Below the pieces are notes generated by a model, which had not been told where the DNA came from, did not search any database, and was given only the letters and a program-made list of their open reading frames with translations. The position numbers and the translations under genes were made by a program. From the NCBI RefSeq assembly GCF_006345805.1, contig NC_043000.1:90024001-90088000 (forward strand): a stretch of DNA of 64,000 nucleotides, read 5' to 3'. This DNA is from Octopus sinensis (lineage: Eukaryota). This document shows positions 11,924-25,203 of the stretch, piece after piece (positions within the stretch are counted from its first letter, which is position 1; each line of letters begins with the position of its first letter).

Positions 11924-12633
11924 GCACAATTACTACCTAAAGGACATGTATTACATCAAAAATTCTACGTTGGGGATGCAAATCCTCTCATTCGCGTACG
12001 ACATAATGCGGCAACAGCATAAAAATGAAGCGTCCATCTCGTCCTTCTCTCACATTGAGAGATTTAAAAATCACCATAGTTTCCAAACACATAAAATAAT
12101 AATACAAATACATAAAATCAAAGAAAGTAAAAGTATATAATTGGATAAAATACAAATAGAATGGCCGGCCTATCAAAAAGTTAAATATAAACGACTATAT
12201 ATTCAAAAACTATCAAAATACCTAATAGACAAATATAAAATAAGTAAAGGTAAAAAATAAAATAAAATAAATGTCCACCGACCAAAGAAGTTTTATCAGA
12301 TGATTAAAATATTTTTTAAAAATAAAATTAAAATTTTTTAAAATAATATTTGAAAAAATATTTGTAAAAAGTCTTTTGTTTCCCTCATGCAAGTACGTCC
12401 AAAGTTCATAAGTAAACAGACTTCCACAGGACAAATTCACATTCAGCTTGAAAAATTTTTTTACTCCCCTCACACAAGTATGTCCAAAAGTTCATAATAA
12501 GCAGACTTCACAGGTCAAATTTCACTTTGACATATATTTATGGCCATTCCAGGACCTCACCACCACAGTTTATTTACACTAAAGTGCAATACGGTGATGA
12601 CTCACTCATGAGGATAGACAGGATAAAATTATA

Positions 12634-12745
12634 TATGTCCGGGTTCCAGTTAGTAATTTTCCTTATGACATAAATACACTATTGGATTCAAATCCAATAG
12701 TGTATTTATGTCATAAGGAAAATTACCAACTGGAACCCGGACATA
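12634..12745. repeat. Near-perfect 112-bp palindrome (55-bp arms, 1 mismatch, 2-nt centre)
   Basis: TATGTCCGGGTTCCAGTT...ATTGGATT-CA-AATCCAAT...AACTGGAACCCGGACATA. Confidence 0.95.
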
Positions 12746-13145
12746 AATATATACCGCTCTGGATCCTAATGTAAGCATTATTAATAATATTATGAATGAT
12801 AATAATGATAACATTAATGATATTGACAACGATAATGATGCTAACTTTAATGACACTTTAGAAATTAGTATGAAGCAATATAATGTACTATTGACTATGT
12901 ATATTTGCATCTAGGTACTAATTTGTGTATGTTTATTATCACAATATTGAGTCGAAAAACTGAGACATTGGATGTAGAACACATATATATGTTTACTAAT
13001 TTATATTATTTACTTATATCATTATGTATATGTATATTTTTATATGTATAAGAGTGTGAGTATATGCACTCATATGTATATGTTGTATTATGGGTATGCA
13101 CCCACACCCATGTGGGTATATATGTAGACTGATTTATATTACATA

Positions 13146-13272
13146 ATCTCCGAAGAGGCCTTATGATATTTTTGTAAATGTCTCATTTATATCTATATAT
13201 TGACCTACCATAAAGGGCTAATATTGGTAAAATGAGACATACTTATCTACATGGCTGAAACAGCTGTAAGAT
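13146..13272 (+). ncRNA. Type I hammerhead-like motif with U4C core and about 90-nt stem II extension
   Basis: AUCU-CCGAAGA-GGCC...GGCU-GAAAC-AGCU-GUA|AGAU; internal 11-bp helix AUGUCUCAUUU/AAAUGAGACAU. Confidence 0.65.
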
Positions 13273-13744
13273 GTAACCTATACTTATATTTATATTTACT
13301 TATATTTATATTCTCTTTTATATATATTCTACTTATTATACAACATTACTTTTTTATGTACACTTTTTTATGTACATTCCTTTATGTACACTGATTTGTT
13401 CTGCTTTTTATATCTAACCTTACAGTCTCTTATGTGGTGGTTTAATAAAGTATGTGATTGAGTATTATCTGGTAATTGATATTTGATTTAGATGTATTTC
13501 TTCATTTTCTTATCTTGTATTAGTAATTTGTGGTAAATCATTTTACCTTTGCCCATATAATACAGTAAATGAATTGATTACATCGCAATCATTAACATTT
13601 ATGTATTAACTTTGTTGGATACTTCACTAGCAGTATATTGGATATATGTTATCCCATGGAGGGTTGCATTTACAACCCCTATCTCAATTTGTATATATAT
13701 ATATATATATTTTTATATATAGATATGTATATATATGTATATAG

Positions 13745-14128
13745 GTGAGAAAGTTGGTGTGTGAAAGCACGTGGTTGGACGTATAAAAAATAGAAAAGAG
13801 TGAAAAAAACTACAGAAGGCTTGTTTTATAAGGTTAAAGAATATATTTAAGTCATTATGTTAGAAAAATGTTATAAAATTTTGTGTATAGTAACATAGTT
13901 TTTGGAGAAATAACCAGTTTCGTGTAAACTTTTCAAATTTCTTTACCTACATCGTGTCATGTCTTCGTTATGTAGTGCAAAGAAGAGTTCCAGGCAGGGA
14001 GTGGTAATCAGGGATTTCTTCCGGTATAAGGGAGATAATCGCCTTATATTTTTTTCTTTTTTTCAATGAGATGAGTTTCTTTGTATAAGAATGTTAGGAA
14101 GGTTAAGTTGAGGCTTATATTTTTCAAT
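13745..14128 (-). mobile_element. 3' remnant of a Penelope-like element
   Basis: Minus strand begins IEKYKPQLN (14128-14102), like the C-terminal KPxLN of PLE GIY-YIG endonucleases; decayed GAAAC-UG-GUU motif near 13912-13921. Confidence 0.45.
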
Positions 14129-14134
14129 CTGATC

Positions 14135-15235
14135 TAGCAGAGTTTCTACAGCTTGATGCCCTTCCTAATGCCAACCACTCCAAGAGTGTAGTGGGTGCTT
14201 TTACATGCCACCAGCACGAGGGCCAGTTAGGTGGTACTGGCAACAGCCATGCTCAAATGGTGCCTTTTATATGCCACCTGCACAGGAGCCAGTCCAGCGG
14301 CACTGGCAACAATCTTGCTCGAATGTTTTTTTCACGTGCCACCAGCACAGGTGCTAGTAAGGCGACGCAGGTAACAATCATGCTCGAATGGTGTTTTTAA
14401 CGTGCCATTGGCACGAAGGCCAGCTTGTTGCTCTGGCAATGATCTCACTTGTTTGGTACTCTTAGCACTCCTCTAGCAACCGATGACAGTCACCAAGTTT
14501 GATTTTGATTTCACTTGCCTCAACAGGTCTTCTCAATCGAGTTTGATTTCGATTTCACTTGCCTCAACTGGTCTTTGCAAGAAGAGTTTAGTGTCCAGTG
14601 AAGGAAAGGTGCGCATAAGTGGACTGGTTACACCCCTGGCATAGGCCACAAGGTTATGGTCTCACTTGCTCTAGCCTAGAAGATTATGGTCTCACTTGCA
14701 CTTGCCAAGTCTTCTCAAGCATAGCATATTTCCAGAGGTCCTAGTCACTAGTCATTGCCTCGGTGAGTCCCAATGTTTGAAGGTCATGCTTCACCACCTC
14801 ATCCCAGGTCTTCCTGGGTCTACCTCTTCCACAGGTTCCCTCAACTGCTAGGGTGTGGCACTTTTTCACACAGCTATCCACATCCATTCTTGCCACATGA
14901 CCATACCAGCACAGTCGTCTCTCTTGCACACCACATCTGATGCTTCTTAGGTCCAACCTTTCTCTCAAAGCACTAACACTCTGTCGAGTATGCACACTGA
15001 CATTACACATCCATCGGAGCATGCTGGCTTCATTCCTTGCGAGCTTACACATGTCCTCAGCAGTCACAGCCCATGTTTCACTGCCATGTAGCATGGCTGT
15101 TCGTACACATATGTCGTAAAGTCTACCTTTTACTCTGAGTAAGAGGCCTTTGTCACCAGTAGAAGTAAGAGCTCTCTGAACTTAGCCCAGGCTATTCTTA
15201 TTCTAGCAGCTACACTTTCAGTGCACCCTCCCCTG
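14135..15235 (-). mobile_element. 5'-truncated RTE-clade LINE
   Basis: LHGSETW...NEASMLRWMCNV...RRLCWYGHVARM...GRGRPRKTWDEVV is a typical RTE ORF2 C-terminus; 3' UTR follows. Confidence 0.85.
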
Positions 15236-15375
15236 CTTATATATATATAAATTAGAGAAGGACCACCTTTTATCAATTCAACAATGAAATAACAATGATA
15301 AAATCAAAATTATACCATATAGAAAAAATTTAATATACGATAAAACATATACCACAGGACAAGAGGCTAGACTGC

Positions 15376-15900
15376 TAGCCCTCTTTTTGCATTTGACTGT
15401 GGTCACTGCTACATCGATATTCTTCCCTATGTTCGTGAAAGTTTTGTATCTCTACTGTAAGGCTTCATTTCCTCACACGCCAGCTGAATTCAATACGTCT
15501 CCAGTCAAAAGACACCTGTTGTTATATCCTGTTATTATTATCTTTATTGTATTTTTGTATTTATATTCGTGTAACATCGTCTGTTTTTCTGTCCTTGTTT
15601 TTGTATACATTCGATGCTTTTTTCCAAAGAATCTAATGCTCTTAGCTTAGTTTTTCCTTGGGGCTGGCCAGATTGGAGCAATCTCAAGATTAATGAGCAG
15701 AAATTGTGAGGATTATCCGGTTCTTGACTGAGGATAAAAAGCTTCAAATGACCCATCCTTGTTTTTTTTTGTATCGTCTATCCGGATGTTTTGTTGTCCC
15801 TTTTTGTATCACCTAGTTGTCTGGATGTTTTGCGTTCTTGTCCCATTTTGTATTTTATATTATATATATATATATATATAGCGGCGTACTTATACTTTGT
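15376..15900. mobile_element. Non-coding interspersed repeat, partial copy of the 56741-57500 family
   Basis: Colinear similarity to 57080-57500 and 56860-56890 (CTGCTAGCCC...CAGTCAAAAG...TTCTTGACTGA...TTGTCCCATTTTG). Confidence 0.8.
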
Positions 15901-15927
15901 TCTCTTATATAAATATATATACACACG

Positions 15928-15972
<45 letters not shown>

Positions 15973-17137
15973 TGAATCTTAAACTTGTTCCATTTACCAA
16001 AAGGTTTGCAAGGGACCAGCAGGCCTCAAGAGACACATGGATGTCCCATAGAACATGATTATCACTTTATTTTACTGAACCCTCTTGACTAGAGAATCCA
16101 TTGCGTGCACACACATACACACACGCACACATATATACAATCGTCACTAAAAGTGACTAAGGGTGCAAGTCAGCACCAGCATTCCTCAAATAAGTCAAAA
16201 TAACTGATGCCAATCTGACACCCTTGCTCGATGTAGGAAGGCTATCTCCCTTGTCAGTGATTAGAAAGTGCTCTGTCAAACAGAAAATGTTCTGTTCATG
16301 GCTAAGTGTTGTTTTGACTCTTATTTCTAGCAATGCTCTGTGCTGACTTGCACCCTTAGTCACTTTTATTCAAAAGTAAACAGACACCACTCATTAAACC
16401 ATTTTAATGTTTTAAGCACAAGGCATCTCTACTAAATACCCGATTATATATTTGAATGCATCAAATGACATTACTTTGTTTCTGAGAATAAATCACCCAG
16501 ATGATGGTGTCTATTTACGTTGGAGATGTCTGCATATCATCATCACCATCATTTAATGTCCGTTTTCCATGTTGTCATAGGTTAAACAGTTTGACTAGAA
16601 CTGGTAAGCTGGAGAGCTGTACAAGGCACCAGTCTGATTTGGCTTGGTTTCTACAGCTGGATGCCCTTCTTAATGCCAACCACTCCAAGACCATCTTCCT
16701 TTTCCTGCTCGGATGTCTAAACAACTGGACGTTTTTTCTCTCTCTCTTCTATCTTTTCTCTTTTCAAAAAAATGTCTCTCCCAGCATTCACTCCTTTCAT
16801 TCTGGTCTAATGACCCTTCATGTCTGTTTTCATTCAGTTTCTTTGTATATCTCCATTGTTTTAGAATTTATGTGAGCTACTGTCTTTGAAGACTCATATC
16901 GTCATTTGATTGCTCGAAATGAAGAGTAGATAGACAGCTGGTGACTGATGAAGGAACCTTTTTCTGTGTTAATTTGTCCTGTTTTCCATTTTTCTCTTGT
17001 TGTTTACATATTTCACTCACTTTTGTCTTGTAATTACTGTCCCCATCTTGTATCTATTTCTCATGTGTGTTATTTGCACCGTTGGTGACATCCTGTACCC
17101 ATATATGCATGTATATGTATGTATGTATATATATATG

Positions 17138-17508
17138 TGGAAGCACTCCGTCGGTTACAACGATGAGGGTTCCAGTTGATCCGAATCAACGGAACAGCCT
17201 GCTCGTGAAATTAACGTGTAAGTGGCTGAGCACTCCACAGACACGTGCACCCTTAATGTAGTTCTCGGGGATATTCAGCGTGACACAGAGAGTGACAAGG
17301 CCGGCCCCTTGAAATACAGGTACAACAGAAACAGGAAGTAAGAGTGAGAGAAAGTTGTGGTGAAAGAGTACAGCAGGGATCACCACCACCCCCTGCCGGA
17401 GCCTCGTGGAGCTTTTAGGTGTTTTCGCTCAATAAACACTCACAATGCCCGGTCTTGGAATCGAAACCGCGAGTCCGCTGCCCTAATCACTGGGCCATTG
17501 CGCCTCCA
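17138..17508 (-). mobile_element. tRNA-derived SINE (family C; related copies near 25690-25990 +, 48280-48450 -, 54713-55020 +)
   Basis: Head GGAGGCGCAATGGCCCAGTG (A-box-like) and GGTTTCGATTCC (B-box-like); body repeated elsewhere in the window. Confidence 0.75.
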
Positions 17509-17509
17509 C

Positions 17510-17543
<34 letters not shown>

Positions 17544-18096
17544 AATATATATATATATTATTTATTTACACACACACATATTATCAACTGCATATACTCA
17601 GTGTATGGGTTTTGTTTGTTTATTGCTTTGCTACAGTATAGCACTTTGGGGGAGTTGTCTCCAAACTACTCTGCCACAGCAAAGTGGTGAATAAGCGAAA
17701 CACATACATTGAGTAAGTATGGTCAGTAATGTTTACAACATTAGCACTACTTATAATTCGTAACTGAATTTAATCTTACATATGCATCACAGTGGCATAG
17801 CAGCAAATGGTTCTTACACTATTTGTATAAAGTCATAGACTGGCAATTCAGTTCACCCCTGGTTCGATTCAGGCATCTGATGTTGATAAGCCACAAAAAT
17901 GGTGAAATATCAGCATCCATCACTCCTGAATGGGACTGGGTGCATGTTGTTTCACCTGTCTATGACTTTCAGGTGTTTTAACACCCAGTGCTATGACGGA
18001 GTCATCCCCAAAATGCTGTTCTGCAGCAAACCAGCAAACAAAAAAAATACATGGAGTATCAATAATGCTTACAACACAAGCACTACTTATAATTTG

Positions 18097-18141
<45 letters not shown>

Positions 18142-18574
18142 CAAATACATGGAGCAGTGTTGTGGAATATACAAGGTTTTAGATCAATTTAAAAATGCCT
18201 GGGACATATCTAACCTGTGAAAAGGCCATTTTCACCGAGGTTTACCATGGAGAAAATTCTCACTTTAGGCAACAAGTTTTCAAACACAAGCAGTCCATTT
18301 CACAGCACACCTTGTGGACTGATGAATGTATTTCAAGCTTCTTAGCTATTGTTAGCACTGGTCACAAAGTGGGGGTAACCCTGAAATGATTTTAGAAGTC
18401 CTGGTCTTCCCTATTCGCAGACTAGAGAATGGGAAAAGTGTACACAGGCTGACCCATTTTGGCCACAGCTGAAATCATACAAGTGGAAGCAACTCTTTTT
18501 TACCCTCTCATTTATATTTAAGAGATGAGGAATTATGTACATTATTTACATTATTTACTATGCTGTATGCCCAC

Positions 18575-18645
18575 GGACATATGGCATAGTGGTTAAGAGA
18601 ACAGGCTACTAACCTCAAGATTCCAAGTTCGATTCCAGGCAGTGA

Positions 18646-18681
<36 letters not shown>

Positions 18682-18829
18682 TAATAACATGGAAAAATAC
18701 CATAGGAATGAGAACCCAGGTTTGAAATTTCCCCAAGACACCTGATGAAAGCTGGAGGGTATATCAGCCGAAACATTGTGTTAACAACAAACAAGATGAG
18801 GACAAATATCCGTCAAATGTAAATAATGT
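18575..18829 (+). mobile_element. tRNA-headed repeat carrying a hammerhead-like motif (18737-18782)
   Basis: A box TGGCATAGTGG 18582-18592; B box AGTTCGATTCC 18626-18636; (AAT)n; then GACAC-CUGAUGA-AAGCUG..CAGCC-GAAAC-AUU|GUGUU. Confidence 0.65.
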
Positions 18830-19203
18830 TTTTTTTTTTGTTTTGGTTGTTTTTATCACTACCAAACTGACTGAGACTATTTATTTACCTCCATCAGTCA
18901 AGAAGCTGTATGCTTCCAGCCTGCAGGTCTGATAGTTGTTTGTATTGTCTAGTGCTATATAGAAAAAGTTGAAGGGTGCTTTTAACTTCTAACCAAAAAC
19001 GTTTTTCAATCCAGTATTTGCTTGCTGTTATTAATAGCTTTAAGGAATGTTCCTCAAGAATTAATATTCCCTAAATGAGTCTCTCTCTCTCTCTCTCACA
19101 CACACATACACACACAAACAAACATATATGTGTTCATGTATATACAGCTTATAACTAATTGTTTTATTCCATTTGAATCTATTTTTCTCTTTTTCCATGT
19201 TAG

Positions 19204-19399
19204 ACACCAATTGTGAGTATGGTTTTTGCCCAATCTGAGATTTTACAAAAGGAAGTCTATTTATTTGAACGCATTGACGCCTCTTCCAGAGAAACTATGA
19301 AACACCTGAAATGCATTTGTTTTCTACGACCAACTAAAGAAAATGTCCAGCAACTTTCCCAAGAACTACATCTCCCCAAATATGGTTTATATTATATTT
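19204..19399 (+). CDS. VPS45: VPS45 exon 2 ([25 protein letters not shown]...FLRPTKENV...PKYGLYYI)
   Basis: Acceptor TTAG ending 19203; donor GTAAGT at 19400, phase 1. Confidence 0.96.
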
Positions 19400-19568
19400 G
19401 TAAGTTGTCTTCTTATTGTTTGTTCTGAATTTTTAACATTAGTTGAATCAATTATCATTTTATCATTTTAAAGCAAAAACCGGGAATTTTGACACCAATT
19501 TTAGAGTGTTTACACATTTATATTCTTTCACTGAGTCAGTTGGATCAACTGTTTGATGTCTTTTTCTT

Positions 19569-19604
<36 letters not shown>

Positions 19605-22600
19605 GTATGTATATATATATATTTATGTATGTATATATACATGATCCAAGACTTAGGTTCATGCAGATATACAAGAATATACATTTAATGACAATCAGAG
19701 ATGGAATTGATCACGACAGTGTGTTGATATAAATATTGGTTTCAAATTTTGGCACAAGAGCCAGTAACTTTGGTGGAGCGGAGTAAGTCAATTACATCAA
19801 CCCCAATGCTCAAATAGTATTTATTTTATTGACCCCAAAAGGATGAAAGGCAAAGTCAACCTCAGCAGAATTTGAACTCAGAATGTAAGGATGGACGAAA
19901 TGCCACTAAGCATTTTGCCCAGCATGCTAATGATTCTGCCAACTCACTGCTTTCATGTTGTTATAAATATTGTGTTGGGAAGAAGCTTGCTTCTCAGCCA
20001 CATGATATCAGATTCATTCATGGTTTCAGCCTTGGTCCATCAAACTATTGTGAGTGGATTTCGTAGATAGAATCTGAAAGAACGACACACACACACACAC
20101 ACGTATGTGTGTATATGTGTTTGTGTGTTCATGGTCTTGACATCATGTGACAGTTGTAAACAGGCATCACTATCATATAAGCAGTGTCATTTGTTTCCAA
20201 TCTTCTGTGGAAACACATTCAGCTATAGGAAAATGCTACTTTGTTTGAAATCAGGTTGGACAGGAAAGGCATCAAGCCATAAAAAATCTGCCTCAACAAA
20301 TTCTATCTGACCCATTTAAGTATGGAATAATACACATGAAAGCAATGGCAATGATGACACTCTACAACTGAAATTGTTTGGAAAATTATAATCTTAATAG
20401 CAACAATTAATTTTAGGTTTTTAATAAAGCAGGAGATTATAAATTATAATATACCTACTGTTATATTTTACATTTTTATGTTGTATAAACAAGACTCAAT
20501 CAGTTGGTGACTTCACTTTGAGCTTCAGTACTGGACTAACTTCTCATCAACAGGAGAAGACTCTTAAAAGAAATACGGAACTGTGTGTATGTATAGCAGT
20601 GAAATATTCCTACTCATATTATGTATTTACATCTAGGTGAATAGGACTAGCAAGTGCAAGTGTTAGCCATGGAGGCAGTCAAGTGCTATTGATGACATGA
20701 ATCAGCTAAATTTTTGTCACATGTCAGTCATTGTATTGACTTGGCCAACTGCAGCTTTGCTGTGAATATTGATTTATTGAATATATCTGGATATATAAAA
20801 AAAACCCAACTTAGCCATTGTTTTATATATTTTATATCTACTCAGAAAATAAAACTTAAGTGATTTTTTTTTCCCGCTTTCATAGATGTTCCAATGTTCA
20901 TGGTCAGTTCTTTTAGCTTGTGCTCTTTACAGTAGTTTCATATTAACTTGACTTTGAACTGCAGCACCTATTTTTGATAGTGGGACTGGGCCACGGACAA
21001 CTTGATGTCTAGGCCAGAGACAGTATTGATGACAGTAAATGCATTACTGGTCTTTTGACTTGTTGTCCTGTATCATATTAACTCAACCATCTGCAGAATG
21101 GCTAATATTGTCAACATCAAAATCTCTTCAAAAGTGACAATGCTTGATGTGTGTGTGTGTGTATGTGTGTAGGAATCCCTTTAGAACCATAGTCTTGCAT
21201 GTTGCTAGATAACTTCACTAATGTTAGTGCCGTAGAAAAAACACCCAGTACATGTTGTAAAGAGATTGGCTTTAAGAAGGGCATCCAGCCATAAACACTA
21301 TGGCAAAGCAGATGTTGGGGTACTGCGAGGTGGTCCAACTTGTTAGATCTTGTTGAGCCATCCGACCCAAGCTGGCATGAAAAATGGGTATTAAATGATG
21401 ATGATATATGCATATAATGAAGATGTATACATGATGATGGTGATGTATAGATATTATATATATATGTGTGTGTGTGTATATACACCATCTGTCTCCTTAT
21501 TTTAACTCATCAATAATAATTCTCTTACATCTTACCAAGCATTGGCTATTCATTGATTTTTACAATGTAGTCCTGACAATCAACCACATCCATCACTGTT
21601 GTTTGACACAAATTATAAATGTTTTAGTAGTCTATGAATTATCAATCTGATATGATGTGCTTGTGTTAAAAAAATAAAACAATTATGAAAGTTATTTTAA
21701 TTTTAGAGCAAGATAAAATGTTAGTAATACCTCAGCTTGGAACTTAGATGAAAAAAAAAACATTACTTTGCTTGCTTTTACTTAACGCATCTCAGAAAGG
21801 CATGAACATTACAATATTTCATTTCAAATTTCATGTCTGTATATGACATGAAACTTGAAGGTTTTATGTCTGTATGTGATGGACTTAATCATTACTATCA
21901 TTTATAGGACAGTGCAAATGACTAAGAATGTAAAATAAGGAGCCATTCCTTAACATCTTTAATTTATTAAATTCCTTTGGGGAATGTACTGTTAGAGACT
22001 AAATAACTCTCCTTCCACCCATCTTGGGGTAGAGTCCTTAGGCAGCTCCTCCATAGAGTCCTATCAGAAACAATCACTATAGATATTGTCCAGCCATCTC
22101 ATTCTTGGGCTACTCTAGGTCACCTTCACAGGCCAAATATAGATACCAGCTTGGTGCCTGGCATGACTAAGACACCGAAAACTGTGATATGAAAGGGTGT
22201 CAAAAAAACCAATCATATTGTACTGCCAATTGTATGAGTTAAAAAGGGATGTACTTGGACCTTAGTTAGAAGAGTTTTTTCAAAAATATATTGCACTCTC
22301 CACCCAAAACTGGTGCAACCAGCTATAAGTTTGCAGCTTGTACTGAGAGGCATGGGGTGGGAGCACAAAGGAAGCTAAACAGCTAAGTAGATACAATATC
22401 TGATGCCTGAACCTTGTGTAATGAGTTCATATCCAAATACAGGTATTTTGTGTCTCTTAGAAATTCTCCATGTGTACAATTGGCTTAGTTACTAGAATAC
22501 TAAGCAACTACCATTGTTCCATATCTCTGGACAAAATACCTATTTCTAAATGGCCAAGTGCACCTAACTGTAAGTAATAACTGCAGAGTTTTATAGTTTG

Positions 22601-22959
22601 TTACTAAGTAGTGTCAGTACTAAACATTGGTGTTTGAATATTGGTTTCAAATTTTGGCACAATGCCAGCAATTTCAGGAGAAGAGTGAATCAACTATACC
22701 AACCCTAGTGCTCAATTAGTACTTATTTTATTGAACCCAAAAGGATGAAAGGCAAAGTCAACCTTGGTGAAATTTGTACTCAGAACATTAAAATGGACAA
22801 AATGCCATTGAGTATTTTGGCCAGCATGCTAACAGTTCTGCCAGCTTACTGACTTAAGAGTGTTTGAATACTGAAAATTAGCAAAATTGCCTATATGATA
22901 CTGATTCTCATTTACAACTATTGTGTTATGTCAAGATGAGACACAAACATACACATATA

Positions 22960-23827
22960 CATAGTCTGATCAATAAGTATCCGGACTGTTGCCACAGTAA
23001 CGAAGCTAAAGCATGCAGAGTAAAGCCACTTGGCACACTTTGATCTTGAACTCTGCTGTACTTGTGCACAACGTTTTAATGGTCTAGCTCACTTGCGCTG
23101 TTTACAGCAGTGCTTGGAAGAAAGGTATGTAGTGTGTGATCGTCACATTGACCATAACAGAGAAAGTTAAGCAGAGAATCTGCATCAAATTTTACCAAAA
23201 GCTTGGCGATACCTGCTCAGAGGCATATGCAAAGTTTTCAAACAGTTTCATCGTTCTGGACACAATCAAAGATGTCTTGTGCAAATGAAACCTGAGTGTC
23301 TTTTTGGTCAGTTGAAAGCAGTTTTGGTACAAACTTGGCAGACATGCGTCTCATACCCAAATCTTCAGTAATAATGGACTGAACTGAACCGTAACTAATC
23401 TGAACATCGACGATTTTGTCCTCACAGCTGCATGCACATTTGTGATGTTTTTCTCAGTTCTGCTGGTTGTGGGTCTCCCAGAACATTCAACACTATCGAA
23501 ATTTTTTTGGTCATTTGGAAATATCTGATCCATTCGTATACTTGTGTGTGGCTGATACACTCCTCTGCATATCCTTTCTGCAACTTTGCATAGGCCTCTG
23601 AGTAGGTATCGCCATGACAACTTTCTCTGTCATGGTTAATGTGACGATCACATGCTACACACCTTCCTTCCAAGCACTGCTACAAACAGCAGAAGTGAGC
23701 TAGAATGTTAAAACTTTGTGTACAAGTACAGCAGAGTTCAAGGTCAATCTTTGCCAAGCAGCTTTACTCTGCATGCTTTAGCTTTGTTACTAAGGCAACA
23801 GTCCGGATACTTATTGATCAGACCTTG
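22960..23827 (-). mobile_element. Non-autonomous mariner derivative with both ends derived from the 5' end (about 270-bp inverted arms)
   Basis: TA flanks at 22958-59 and 23828-29; TIR core GTCTGATCAATAAGTATCCGGACTG; degenerate transposase N-terminus on the minus strand (QVYEWIRYF, SGRPTTSRT, MRRMSAKFVPKLL). Confidence 0.85.
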
Positions 23828-24064
23828 TACATACACATATGACAGGTTTCTTTTAGTGTCCATCTACCAAATTCAGTGACTAAGTTTTTAGTGAGTTGGG
23901 GGCCATAGTAGAAGTCACTTGCTTAATGTGCCATACAATGGGACTGAACCTGAAACCATATGGTTGAGATGCAAGCTTCTTAACCACACCTGTGCTTGTA
24001 TGATTGTATATTTTCATTCATTCATTACTGTTGCACTCTTCTAATCAGTTTTACCTTCGTTTAG

Positions 24065-24144
24065 ATTTCAGCAATGTAATCAGTAAGCAGGATGTGAAAG
24101 TCTTAGCAGAAGCCGATGATCATGAAGTTGTTCGTGAAGTGCAG
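24065..24144 (+). CDS. VPS45: VPS45 exon 3 (YFSNVISKQDVKVLAEADDHEVVREVQ)
   Basis: Acceptor TTAG ending 24064; donor GTCAGT at 24145. Confidence 0.96.
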
Positions 24145-24990
24145 GTCAGTTCTTTCTTTATTTATTTATTTTTTGCTTTGTTTATTTTTGTGAAACGTTT
24201 TTAGACAAATGTTATCCATGCACACATCTGTTTATTTATCCATCCTTGCATACATTCATGGACACACACAGACACACATGCATGCACACACATTGACTCA
24301 CTTGTAAGAAATTAAATCTCCCTCAAGTCAAATTCTACCAACTTTAAAACATAGGATAATATTCAATGTGTAAGCTTCAACAAGACCACACTGCTATATC
24401 TCCTTCATGTTACTTCTTACTGACTTGAAAAAAAATGGAAGGGTGTATTAGATAACATAGGCTTAGATACATTATGCTAGTAAAAAACAAAAGACAGGAT
24501 ATTGTGCTGTTTGAGCAATGAAAGATGTGGGAAATAATAGACCCCTTACATGAAAAACAACTAAGGGCTAGCAGCAGAAAGGAAATCCTGCTGAAAAACA
24601 ATGCCTCAGTAATATTTTCATCTAATATGCTAGCATGATAAAATGAGCATAAAGCAAACAAGATAGGAGTGCTTAGTCAGGAAAATGTTGAAAATCATTG
24701 TTATAATGTATACCTAACCATTCGCTACACTTTTACCTATCTCTGAATAACTACCCTAACTATATCATTCAATCAAATAATGATATTCATTAATGATAGA
24801 AACCAAAGAATTAAGATATGTTACGTTACTGTGAAGAGAGGAAAGCATTCAATGTTTTGTGCAGAGTTTTCATGATACAAGATATTTCTTTTCCTCAGGA
24901 TACATAAGTTTCACAAAAATTTCAAATAAAATGGTGATGATTATAGTGTATATTTAGATCATTATCCTTTTGAAAATATTATTCATACAT

Positions 24991-25059
<69 letters not shown>

Positions 25060-25068
25060 GTCAGCTAA

Positions 25069-25203
<135 letters not shown>

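Noticed and set aside
16885-16960. UUGAAGA...GCUC-GAAAU and nearby CUGAUGA
   Set aside because: No consistent stem II, stem III or NUH site.
18575-18650. Functional tRNA gene
   Set aside because: A and B boxes are present but the acceptor and anticodon stems do not pair; treated as a SINE-type head. The same applies to heads near 25700 and 54713.
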